Assembly: GCA_035258345.1 (NCBI GenBank)
Contig: DATEVU010000105.1
Span: 4,689-68,688, forward strand
DNA: 64,000 nucleotides
From: Bacteroidales bacterium
Lineage (GTDB): Bacteria; Bacteroidota; Bacteroidia; Bacteroidales; UBA10428
Direction: 5' to 3'
Positions 37,389 to 46,452 of this stretch are shown here, piece after piece. Both the position numbers and the translations under genes were made by a program. The notes beneath the pieces were generated by a model. That model was not told where the DNA came from. It saw nothing but the letters and a program-made list of their open reading frames with translations, and searched no databases. Position 1 is the first letter of the stretch, and the number at the start of each line of letters is the position of its first letter.

Positions 37389-38300
37389 ATGAACACGAAA
37401 CAGCTGATAATTGTGGCCGGTCCTACGGCAGTCGGCAAGACCGATATGGCAGTATGGCTTGCCAAACATTTCAGTACTGAGATAATCAATGCCGACTCCC
37501 GGCAGGTATACCGGGAAATGACCATCGGTACTGCCTTACCCTCTCCTGAGCAGCAGGCAGGGATCAGGCATCATTTCATTGGGCACCGTTCGGTTTACGA
37601 TTACTATAATGCAAGCCTTTACGAAACGGAAGCACTGGAAGTGCTTAATGGCTTGTTTGAAAAGCATGATGTGGTTGTAATGGCTGGTGGAAGCGGCATG
37701 TACATCGACGCTGTATGCCGGGGTATTGATGCGATTCCAACGGTGGATGCCGGGGTTCGGGAACGTATCCGTGATGCGTTCATGTCTGCAGGACTTGAAG
37801 GCATCAGGCAAAAGCTCCGTGCGTGCGATCCTGTTTATTATGCCAGGGTTGACCTGAATAACCCGCAACGCATACGCAAAGCACTGGAAATATATGAAAT
37901 GACAGGGAGACCTTATTCTTCCTACCTGACAGGCGAAATCAAAAAGCGGAGTTTTTCATTTGTAAAAATAGGGTTGGACATGCCCAGGGAAGAGCTTCAT
38001 GACCGCATCAACCAAAGAGTGGATGCGATGATTGAGCGGGGTTTGCTTCAGGAAGCCAGGAACCTGTACGCCAGCAGGCACGTGAATGCGCTTAACACGG
38101 TAGGATATAAGGAACTGTTCGGCTATATTGATAATCTATGCACACTGGAAGAGGCTGTGCTACAGATCAAGGGACACACCCGCCAGTATGCCCGCCGGCA
38201 ACTCACCTGGTTCAGGAAAGATTCGTCGGTCCAATGGTTCAGACCCGATGAACCCGAAGCTATTTTAAATTATGTTTGCCTGAAAATTAAAGAGCAATGA
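37389..38300 (+). CDS. miaA: tRNA dimethylallyltransferase
   Basis: P-loop GPTAVGKT, then DSRQVYREM and TRQYARRQLTWFR. 303 aa. Confidence 0.95.
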   Translation: MNTKQLIIVAGPTAVGKTDMAVWLAKHFSTEIINADSRQVYREMTIGTALPSPEQQAGIRHHFIGHRSVYDYYNASLYETEALEVLNGLFEKHDVVVMAGGSGMYIDAVCRGIDAIPTVDAGVRERIRDAFMSAGLEGIRQKLRACDPVYYARVDLNNPQRIRKALEIYEMTGRPYSSYLTGEIKKRSFSFVKIGLDMPREELHDRINQRVDAMIERGLLQEARNLYASRHVNALNTVGYKELFGYIDNLCTLEEAVLQIKGHTRQYARRQLTWFRKDSSVQWFRPDEPEAILNYVCLKIKEQ

Positions 38301-38752
38301 ACATGGCTGAAATAAAGCGCTTCAACATACGCGTTTATGGCATTTTCCTGAATGAACGGAAGGAGATACTGCTTACCGATGAGTTCGCCCTTGACAGTAA
38401 GATGACCAAGTTCCCGGGTGGTGGTATGCATTTTGGAGAGGGGCCTGCTGATTGTATTACAAGGGAAGCCATGGAGGAATTTGGTCAGGAAATTGAAATC
38501 ATTGGTCATTTTTATACCACCCATTTTTTTCAGCGCGCTTTGTTTTATGACAACCACCAGCTAATCAGTATTTATTACAGGGTGCGATTTAAAGATCCAC
38601 CCCGTTTCAACATATCCACCAAACCTTTTGATTTCCCAAAGCTTGTTAATGGCAGCCAGTCGTTTCGCTGGGTTTCAGTTGCCGCACTTTCCGAAGATGA
38701 GCTGAGTTTTCCTATTGACAGGTATGTGCTGGGATTGCTGAAAAAAGAATGA
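38297..38752 (+). CDS. NUDIX hydrolase
   Basis: Nudix-box-like GGGMHFGEGPADCITREAMEEFG. The start overlaps the miaA stop (ATGA). Confidence 0.8.
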   Translation: MNMAEIKRFNIRVYGIFLNERKEILLTDEFALDSKMTKFPGGGMHFGEGPADCITREAMEEFGQEIEIIGHFYTTHFFQRALFYDNHQLISIYYRVRFKDPPRFNISTKPFDFPKLVNGSQSFRWVSVAALSEDELSFPIDRYVLGLLKKE

Positions 38753-38892
38753 CTAAATGTGTATAGTCTCCCGGAATTTGTTAAACAAAAAGGAATTATC
38801 ACTGTTTATAGGTAGAATTGCATTTTTAAAGAAAATAATTAAATTTACGAACTTTGGAATAAAATTATCATTAACCTTTAATTTGAAAATTC

Positions 38893-39867
38893 ATGGATAC
38901 AATTAGTATTAAAAAGATCACTGGACTTGTGGTAATATTTGCCGGACTTAGTATGGGTTTGATGGCTCAGGAAAAAAATAATGCAATTAATGCGTTTAAT
39001 GAAAGTGTAGAATTGATGAAATCCGGCGAGGGAGATGTAATCCAATCCTTCGAAAATTGTATTAAGATATGTGAACAGGTTGGTGATTCAGCCGAAGATA
39101 TACGCCTGAAAGCCATACAGGTGTTACCGGGTTTGTATTATCAGGAGGCATATGCTTTGTTGACTTCGGATAAAAATATTGAAGCTTCGCTCAATGCTTC
39201 GAAAAAGACTATGGAAGTTGCCGAAAAATATGGCAATTCACGGATTAAGGATAATACACACAAGATCATGATCCAGGCATACAGTTCCATGGCTTCAACC
39301 TATTTTGCCGCCAAAGACTATGACAAGGCCCTTCTGGCTTTCGACAGCGTATTGATGATTAATCCCGAACACCTTACTTCCATATATAATAAGGCACTGA
39401 TCTACCGCGGACAAAATAACAACCAAAAATTCAGTGAAACCATTGATCTGTATATCGAAGATCTAAACGCCCTTGGGGATACCACAAAGGTTAAACAAGC
39501 CAATGACCTGGCACTGGATTACTTCCGGATCGCCGGAGCAAAGGCGCATCAGGCAAATAACCTGGGCGAGGCGCTTGAATTATTGAATACTTCTGCTAAA
39601 TATGGAAACGATAAAAATGTTTTTTATCATTTTGCAGGTATTTACAACAAACAGAAGAAATACACCCAGGCGGCTGAAAATGCACAAAAAGGCCTGGAAT
39701 TGGAAAAGGGCAGCGCAGAGGAAAAAGCCAAGTTTTATTTTGAACTGGGACAGGCCCATGCAGGGAAAGGGGAAACAGCAAATGCCTGTGAAGTCCTGAA
39801 AAATTCAATGTATGGCCCGTTCCTGCAGCCTTCCAAAGCATTGAGGACCAATCTGAAATGTCAATAA
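38893..39867 (+). CDS. Exported tetratricopeptide-repeat protein
   Basis: Signal/anchor segment followed by several 34-aa TPR-like helical repeats (YFAAKDYDKALLAFDSVLMINPEH, AGIYNKQKKYTQAAENAQKGLELE). Confidence 0.7.
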   Translation: MDTISIKKITGLVVIFAGLSMGLMAQEKNNAINAFNESVELMKSGEGDVIQSFENCIKICEQVGDSAEDIRLKAIQVLPGLYYQEAYALLTSDKNIEASLNASKKTMEVAEKYGNSRIKDNTHKIMIQAYSSMASTYFAAKDYDKALLAFDSVLMINPEHLTSIYNKALIYRGQNNNQKFSETIDLYIEDLNALGDTTKVKQANDLALDYFRIAGAKAHQANNLGEALELLNTSAKYGNDKNVFYHFAGIYNKQKKYTQAAENAQKGLELEKGSAEEKAKFYFELGQAHAGKGETANACEVLKNSMYGPFLQPSKALRTNLKCQ

Positions 39868-39900
39868 GACTGCGTACTTAAACAAATAACATCGAAAAAA

Positions 39901-39927
39901 CGTGAAGGGATACCTTCACGTTTTTTT
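39901..39927 (+). terminator. Intrinsic terminator
   Basis: CGTGAAGG (39901-39908) pairs with CCTTCACG (39913-39920), loop GATA, then TTTTTTT. An A run precedes it. Confidence 0.85.
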
Positions 39928-40160
39928 ATATCCCCATGTAAGATATTTAAAGTTTCGGGCTGTATTCCCTGCTATAAAATAATAAATTGTAATATTTAGT
40001 ATGTATTTGATTCTATATTGTAAGTAAAAACTAAATATATATTATAAATGTATGTAATAAACGTAAAATATATAAATTATTTCATAACAATGTTATAATT
40101 TTACAGAGAATTCGGCAAATGGATTACAAACTAATAGAATTGGCAATTAATTATTAATAT

Positions 40161-41828
40161 ATGTGTGGAGTAGTCGGAGTTTTCGATTTAAAGACAGATG
40201 CACAGGAGCTCAGGCCGCAGGTGCTTGATATGTCAAAAAGGATCAGGCACAGGGGACCCGACTGGTCAGGAATATATTGCAGTGAAAAGGCAATCATTGC
40301 GCACGAACGTCTGTCCATTGTTGATCCGCAATCGGGGGGCCAGCCTCTGTACAGCCATGACCGCAAGCTGATCCTTGGAGTAAATGGTGAAATATACAAC
40401 CATCAGGAAATCCGGGAACGATACAAAGACAAATATAGTTTCCAGACCCTCTCGGATTGCGAGGTGATTCTTGCTTTATATGATGACAAGGGAAAGGACT
40501 TCCTGGAGGACCTGAACGGGATTTTTGCCTTTGTTTTGTATGACGAGAAAAACGACTGTTATATGGCGGCCCGTGATCATATCGGCATCATGCCCCTGTA
40601 TATGGGTTGGGACGCATTTGGCAATTCTTATTTTTCATCTGAGCTGAAAGCCCTGGAGGGGATATGCAAAAAAATCGAAGTGTTTCCCCCGGGTCACTAC
40701 TTCTATAGCAGGGAAGGTGAATTAAAAAAGTGGTATGCACGGGACTGGAACTCTTTTGATGCCGTAAAAGATAATATGAGTGACATGGCGGAATTGCGGA
40801 CAGCCCTGGAGAAAGCTGTTCACAGGCAGTTGATGTCAGATGTTCCGTATGGGGTGCTGTTATCAGGCGGACTCGACAGTTCCGTTATCTCGGCAGTGGC
40901 CAGGAAATTTGCAGCACTCCGGATCGAAACCAACGATAAGGAAGTTGCCTGGTGGCCTCAGTTGCATTCTTTTGCGGTTGGGCTTGTAGGTTCTCCCGAT
41001 CTGGCAGCGGCACGAAAAGTGGCTGATCACATAGGTACCGTTCATCATGAGATTCATTTCACCCTGCAGGAAGGTCTGGATGCGCTTCGTGATGTTATTT
41101 ACTACCTGGAAACCTATGATGTAACCACAATAAGAGCTTCCACACCCATGTATCTAATGGCAAGGGTGATCAAATCAATGGGTGTGAAAATGGTTCTTTC
41201 CGGTGAAGGCGCCGATGAAATTTTCGGTGGTTATCTTTACTTCCACAAAGCACCCAATGCCAGGGAATTTCATGAGGAGACACTGCGAAAGCTTAGTAAG
41301 CTTTATTTATATGACTGTCTGCGCGCTAATAAATCCCTGGCGGCCTGGGGCGTTGAAGGGCGTGTTCCTTTCCTCGACAAGGAGTTTATGGATGTTGCCA
41401 TGAGGCTGAATCCGGCGGATAAAATGGCGAAAGACGGAAAAATGGAAAAATGGATCCTGCGTAAGGCTTTTGAGGACTATCTTCCCGAAAGTGTGGCCTG
41501 GCGACAGAAAGAACAATTTTCTGACGGAGTAGGTTACGGATGGATCGATACACTTAAGGAACTAACTGCCAGGGAAGTTACTGACGGAATGCTGGCCAGT
41601 GCAAAATTCCGCTTTCCGGCAAATACGCCCCGTACCAAGGAAGAATACTATTACCGCGCTATATTCAGTGAGCATTTTCCTTCGGAAGCAGCTGCATTAA
41701 CCGTACCCTCGGTGCCCTCAGTAGCCTGCAGCACAGCCGAAGCCCTTGCCTGGGATGAATCATTCAGGAATCAGAATGATCCCTCTGGCCGGGCCGTAAA
41801 AAACGTTCATGTAAAAGCATACGAATGA
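40161..41828 (+). CDS. asnB: Asparagine synthase B (glutamine-hydrolysing)
   Basis: N-terminal nucleophile MCGVVG, PP-loop LSGGLDSS, 555 aa. Confidence 0.95.
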   Translation: MCGVVGVFDLKTDAQELRPQVLDMSKRIRHRGPDWSGIYCSEKAIIAHERLSIVDPQSGGQPLYSHDRKLILGVNGEIYNHQEIRERYKDKYSFQTLSDCEVILALYDDKGKDFLEDLNGIFAFVLYDEKNDCYMAARDHIGIMPLYMGWDAFGNSYFSSELKALEGICKKIEVFPPGHYFYSREGELKKWYARDWNSFDAVKDNMSDMAELRTALEKAVHRQLMSDVPYGVLLSGGLDSSVISAVARKFAALRIETNDKEVAWWPQLHSFAVGLVGSPDLAAARKVADHIGTVHHEIHFTLQEGLDALRDVIYYLETYDVTTIRASTPMYLMARVIKSMGVKMVLSGEGADEIFGGYLYFHKAPNAREFHEETLRKLSKLYLYDCLRANKSLAAWGVEGRVPFLDKEFMDVAMRLNPADKMAKDGKMEKWILRKAFEDYLPESVAWRQKEQFSDGVGYGWIDTLKELTAREVTDGMLASAKFRFPANTPRTKEEYYYRAIFSEHFPSEAAALTVPSVPSVACSTAEALAWDESFRNQNDPSGRAVKNVHVKAYE

Positions 41829-41853
41829 GCACCACCCCGTCGGGGTGGGTGTC
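41829..41853 (+). terminator. GC-rich hairpin after asnB (weak terminator candidate, no U tract)
   Basis: CACCCC (41833-41838) pairs with GGGGTG (41842-41847) around the loop GTC, extendable with a bulge. It shares the CCCCG-N-CGGGG core with the 12794 hairpin. Confidence 0.35.
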
Positions 41854-41911
41854 AAAGGATTAGGTTATCGGTAAAAAAATTCGTTCATTTGCATCATTGA
41901 CCGATCAACGT

Positions 41912-43798
41912 ATGCAAGCAGTAATCCTTGCCGGCGGCAGAGGGGCCCGGTTGGGTGATCAAACCCGTGAAATTCCCAAACCCATGATGATCATCGGGGA
42001 CAAACCCCTGTTGCATCACCAGGTTGATTTACTTGTCAGTAACGGTATACAGGACATCATACTACTGGTAAATTACCTTAAGGATTCCATAATCAGCTAC
42101 TTTGATGATGGCACTGCTTTTAATGCCCGCGTCAGTTATTTCGAAGAACCCATGCCCCTGGGCACAACAGGGGGTATCAGGGAAATTGAGGAAAGACTTC
42201 GGGGGGATTTTCTTTTAGTGTACGGGGATGTTATGTTCAATATGGATATTTCTCGGCTAATTCGCTTTCACCATCTTAAGAACAGCAATTGCACCCTGGT
42301 ACTCCATCCCAATGACCACCCTTATGACAGCGACCTGGTGGAAATCAATCCGGAAGGCAGGATTGTTGCCTTCCATTCCAAGCCCCATAAACCCGGAAAT
42401 AGTTATCACAACCTGGTAAATGCAGGAGTCTATGTATTATCACCAGGTATATTAAAATTCATAGAAAAAGGTAAAAAGGCTGATTTCGGCAGGGATCTAT
42501 TTCCCAGGATATTCAACCAGGTTGAAATGTACGGGTATAAAACCCCGGAATATCTTAAGGATATGGGGACACCCGACAGGCTTGAAAAGGTGAGGTTAGA
42601 TCTTGAAATCGGAAAGATCCGGCTCCGTAATCTGAAAAACCGGCAACGGGCCATTTTTCTTGACCGCGACGGTGTTTTGAATGTTGAACGAAGCTTTATC
42701 AGCACACCCGAAGGGCTTGAATTGTATGATTTCACTCCCTCCGCCGTTAAGAAGATCAACCAGAGTGATTACCTGTCTGTTGTTGTTACCAACCAGAGTG
42801 CTGTTGCCCGAAACCTGTGCACCGAAGACGATGTTCATGCGATTCATAAAAAGCTGGAAACATTGCTGGGAGATCAGCAATCGTGGCTTGACGCCATATA
42901 TTTTTGTCCCCACCATCCTCACAGCGGATTCCCTGAAGAAAATCCGGTCTACAAAATTGATTGTGATTGCCGCAAGCCCAAAACGGGAATGTTTCTCAAA
43001 GCTGCGGCCGCTTTTAATATTAACCTGAAAGAATCATGGATGATAGGTGATTCCGAACGGGATATACAGGCGGGGATAAATGCCGGATGCACTACCGTGG
43101 GCGTACGCACCGGTTACGGAATAAGGAAAACCCGGATCCTGCCGGATTATATGTTTTCCAATCTTTATGAAGCGGTAAATTTCATTACACGCGATCCGCT
43201 CGGAAGATACGCGGAGGATATAATCAGGAATGTTGCGGACAACACAGGCAACATACCCCGGGTATTACTGATCGGCGGCAACACCCGCACAGGTAAAAGC
43301 ACTCTGGCATCCTACATGCGTATTGTGTTTGAAAAAAGAGGTAACAGGGTGCTGGTAGTTGAACTTGACAACTGGCTTATACCGGAAGAACAGCGAACGG
43401 CTGATATGGATGTCTATGCGCGTTATCAGCTCAGCAGTATCGAGGCAGATATGAGAAAGCTGTTTGCCGGGGAGGCCATTTCAGTTAACACGTATGTCAA
43501 CCATCCTGAACGGGTAACTGTTCCGCATGTCTACACGGTGAAAGAAACGGATATTGTTATCATCGAAGGGGTGGTGGCCTTAAGTTCCGGAGTTATTCGT
43601 GAAATGGCAAATCTTAGGTTATTTACCAGCCTTCCTCCGGCACTGCTTGAATCCAGAATTAATGAATACTACACCTGGCGCGGCAAAACTGCTGCAGAAA
43701 TTCAAGATCTTGTTGAAAAAAGAAAAGATGATGAATATCAATTAATAGAAAAAGAAAGTAATTTAGCTGACATGATCATTAATCCTTCCGGTGCATGA
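41912..43798 (+). CDS. Three-domain fusion: sugar-1-phosphate nucleotidyltransferase (HddC-like) + D,D-heptose 1,7-bisphosphate phosphatase (GmhB, HAD-IIIA) + uridine kinase/PRK-like P-loop domain
   Basis: Domain 1 carries ILAGGRGARLG..IPKPM. Domain 2 (nt ~42647-43186) carries FLDRDGVLN, TNQS, Zn-site-like CPHHPH..CDCRKP and GDSERD. Domain 3 (nt ~43259-43798) carries Walker A GGNTRTGKST, IIEGVVAL and LADMIINP, resembling uridine kinase. Confidence 0.8.
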   Translation: MQAVILAGGRGARLGDQTREIPKPMMIIGDKPLLHHQVDLLVSNGIQDIILLVNYLKDSIISYFDDGTAFNARVSYFEEPMPLGTTGGIREIEERLRGDFLLVYGDVMFNMDISRLIRFHHLKNSNCTLVLHPNDHPYDSDLVEINPEGRIVAFHSKPHKPGNSYHNLVNAGVYVLSPGILKFIEKGKKADFGRDLFPRIFNQVEMYGYKTPEYLKDMGTPDRLEKVRLDLEIGKIRLRNLKNRQRAIFLDRDGVLNVERSFISTPEGLELYDFTPSAVKKINQSDYLSVVVTNQSAVARNLCTEDDVHAIHKKLETLLGDQQSWLDAIYFCPHHPHSGFPEENPVYKIDCDCRKPKTGMFLKAAAAFNINLKESWMIGDSERDIQAGINAGCTTVGVRTGYGIRKTRILPDYMFSNLYEAVNFITRDPLGRYAEDIIRNVADNTGNIPRVLLIGGNTRTGKSTLASYMRIVFEKRGNRVLVVELDNWLIPEEQRTADMDVYARYQLSSIEADMRKLFAGEAISVNTYVNHPERVTVPHVYTVKETDIVIIEGVVALSSGVIREMANLRLFTSLPPALLESRINEYYTWRGKTAAEIQDLVEKRKDDEYQLIEKESNLADMIINPSGA

Positions 43799-44784
43799 TA
43801 ATCACCCGAACTCCTTTCAGGATCAGTTTTGTTGGCGGTGGCTCCGATATGGATGCTTTCTATGCAAGGTATCCCGGTGCTGTGTTAAGTACAAGCATCA
43901 ATAAATACATGTACATTTCCTCACACAGGTTTTTCTTCACCGGTCAGGTAAGGGTTAAATACTCCGAGACCGAGACAGTGAACCATATTGATGAACTGAA
44001 GCATCCCCTGCTGCGTGAAACCATGCGAAAAACAGGTGTTACCAGCGGTATTGAAATCAGCTCTATTGCTGATATTCCTTCGGGTACAGGCATGGGATCC
44101 TCCTCTTCATTTACAGTTGGATTACTGCACTGCCTGTATGCCGTTAAAAGAGAATTTGTTTCCCATGATCAACTGGCACGGGAAGCCTGCGAGATCGAAA
44201 TCGACCTGTTGGGTGAGCCTATTGGAAAGCAGGACCAGTATGCCGCTGCGTTCGGGGGGTTAAACATTATCCATTTTCTGTCCAACGGCGATGTACGGGT
44301 GGAACCCCTGTATGTAAAAAATGAAATATACCGGAATCTGCAGGAAAACCTGTTGATGTTTTATGTGGGCAACCAGCGAAAAGCCTCTGATATCCTGTCG
44401 GAACAGAAAAAGAACGTATCACTGGAGGAAAAGTTCATGGTATTGAAATCGATGGCATCCCTGGTACCTGACCTGCGTGATTGCCTGTATAATGGACATC
44501 TGAAAGATTTTGGAAAGATATTGCATGAAAATTGGATACTAAAACAGAAACTGGCTTCACAAATATCCAACAATATCCTTGATGATATTTATAATACCGG
44601 TATCCGCAGCGGGGCCACCGGAGGAAAGCTTCTGGGAGCGGGAGGAGGCGGATTTATGCTGTTCTATTGTGAAAAGGACAAACAACAGAAGCTGACCGAA
44701 GCGTTGAAACCGCTTGAAAAATTCGACTTTGCCTTTGAAAGGGAAGGCTCCAAAGTAATTTATTTTGCCGATGAAGAATTCTGA
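43795..44784 (+). CDS. GHMP-family sugar kinase (D-glycero-alpha-D-manno-heptose 7-phosphate kinase, HddA-like)
   Basis: N-terminus MIITRTPFRISFVGGGSD, GHMP motif PSGTGMGSSSSF and GAGGGGF. The ATG overlaps the upstream stop (ATGA). Confidence 0.8.
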   Translation: MIITRTPFRISFVGGGSDMDAFYARYPGAVLSTSINKYMYISSHRFFFTGQVRVKYSETETVNHIDELKHPLLRETMRKTGVTSGIEISSIADIPSGTGMGSSSSFTVGLLHCLYAVKREFVSHDQLAREACEIEIDLLGEPIGKQDQYAAAFGGLNIIHFLSNGDVRVEPLYVKNEIYRNLQENLLMFYVGNQRKASDILSEQKKNVSLEEKFMVLKSMASLVPDLRDCLYNGHLKDFGKILHENWILKQKLASQISNNILDDIYNTGIRSGATGGKLLGAGGGGFMLFYCEKDKQQKLTEALKPLEKFDFAFEREGSKVIYFADEEF

Positions 44785-45382
44785 ATTCAGGGAATACTTT
44801 TCCAGGGTTTCAGAAACCCTGAAGCTGGTGGATACAAGCGCTGTTGAAAAACTGGCAGACCTGCTCCTGAAGGCCAGAGAGCAGGAAAGAACGATTTTTA
44901 TTTTCGGGAACGGCGGCAGCGGTGCCACTGCCTCACATGTCACCGGTGATTTCCTGAAGGGTATATCTTATCAGATGGACAAACGTTTCAGGGTAATGTG
45001 CCTGAACGACAATATATCCGGAATGATGGCCATCTCGAATGACCTTACGTATGAGGAAATTTTTATTGAACAGCTAAAAACCTTTGTCCGCAAAAATGAT
45101 GTTGTGATCGGCATTTCCGGAAGCGGCAATTCGGTCAATGTTGTGAAAGCACTTGAATATGCAAGGTCATCCGGTGCAGTTACCGTGGCTTTCTGCGGAT
45201 TTAAGGGTGGAAAGGTCAAAGAAATTGCGGATCTTCTGATCCATGCCCCTATCCAGGATATGGAGGTTACGGAAGACATACATATTGTAATCTTTCATGC
45301 TATTAAGCAGTCTCTTATCATGAAACTTAAGGGTAAGGATTATTCCATGGGTGGAACGTATGATAAGAGGGTAAAACAGTAG
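44771..45382 (+). CDS. gmhA: SIS-domain sedoheptulose-7-phosphate isomerase (GmhA-like)
   Basis: Motifs FGNGGSGATASH and GISGSGNS. About 200 aa. It overlaps the 3' end of the kinase gene by 14 nt. Confidence 0.8.
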   Translation: MKNSEFREYFSRVSETLKLVDTSAVEKLADLLLKAREQERTIFIFGNGGSGATASHVTGDFLKGISYQMDKRFRVMCLNDNISGMMAISNDLTYEEIFIEQLKTFVRKNDVVIGISGSGNSVNVVKALEYARSSGAVTVAFCGFKGGKVKEIADLLIHAPIQDMEVTEDIHIVIFHAIKQSLIMKLKGKDYSMGGTYDKRVKQ

Positions 45383-45399
45383 CCACGAGGCACCAGTAG

Positions 45400-46404
45400 T
45401 CAGGCTTCCCGTGTTATTGCAGGCTTATCGCTTTCTTTTCGACTTTTTAATATAAATCGCATTATAAATGCTTTTATCATACCGAGACCATAACCGGTAA
45501 GCATAACAAATGAGGCATAAACGCTCAGTAATCCGACAACCGCATTTCTGTTTTGAAATGCCGCATCAAATAATACAGCAATCATATAGGCTAATACTGA
45601 TCCTGCCCAAAGCATGAATACTCCTTTGGAAACAGCACCGGCAATTACACCCCCGAAAAGATATAATACAAAAATGCTGGGTAACAGATGTACAGGTTTT
45701 AGGGCGTCGCCATGTTTGAGCTGCAAATCAATCCGACCGCTCCCAAAGGAAAATACCTGTCTGAAAAATTTATAAAATGTCGAACGCCTCTTGTGGTAAA
45801 CGAATGCATCCTCAATCAATCCGATTTTGTAACCTTCTTTGTAAAGACGTATACTCAGGTCGATATCCTCTGAAACCTTCATTCCGCTGAATCCACCAAT
45901 CCTGAGAAAAACATCTCTGGATATACCCATATTGAAACTTCGCGGCTGATATTGTCCCATATGGTTCTTTTTTCCCCTGATACCGCCAGTAGTGTAGAAT
46001 GATGTCATGGCATAGCTGATCGCCTTTTGCCTGTTATTGAAACTTAAACCAGCTTTATCCGGGCCTCCCCACACATCCAGATCATGGTTAATAAAATAGG
46101 TATTCAAAACGCTAAAATACCGGGCAGGAATCACACAATCTGAATCAAAAAAAACCAGGTAATCACCTGTTGCTTTTTCTGCACCCCAGTTGCGGGATTC
46201 ACTAATGCCCAAATTCTTTTCATACAGGTATATTAAATTTAACCTGGAATTGTATTCCTCCACAACCTGTTTAACCGTATTGTCCGGGCTTCCATCGGCG
46301 ATTATAATCTCAAAATCGCGATACTCCTGGTTTAATAGACTTATCAGTAATTCATTTACCTCATCAGGTCTGGAAAATGTTGGAACCACAACAGAGTATT
46401 TCAT
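45400..46404 (-). CDS. Glycosyltransferase family 2 with a C-terminal membrane region
   Basis: N-terminus YSVVVPTFSRPDE, DxD-like FFDSDC, and C-terminal TM helices. Confidence 0.85.
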   Translation of the reverse strand: MKYSVVVPTFSRPDEVNELLISLLNQEYRDFEIIIADGSPDNTVKQVVEEYNSRLNLIYLYEKNLGISESRNWGAEKATGDYLVFFDSDCVIPARYFSVLNTYFINHDLDVWGGPDKAGLSFNNRQKAISYAMTSFYTTGGIRGKKNHMGQYQPRSFNMGISRDVFLRIGGFSGMKVSEDIDLSIRLYKEGYKIGLIEDAFVYHKRRSTFYKFFRQVFSFGSGRIDLQLKHGDALKPVHLLPSIFVLYLFGGVIAGAVSKGVFMLWAGSVLAYMIAVLFDAAFQNRNAVVGLLSVYASFVMLTGYGLGMIKAFIMRFILKSRKESDKPAITREA

Positions 46405-46452
46405 AAAAGAGGTTTAGCTATTTTCATTTACCAAACGCCTGATGCCTGTTGC

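Noticed and set aside
40040-40093. Possible Asn-rich leader peptide upstream of asnB (ATG TAT GTA ATA AAC ... TAA)
   Set aside because: Only 2 of 16 codons are Asn, no terminator or antiterminator follows, and no promoter precedes it. This does not compare with the ilv leader.
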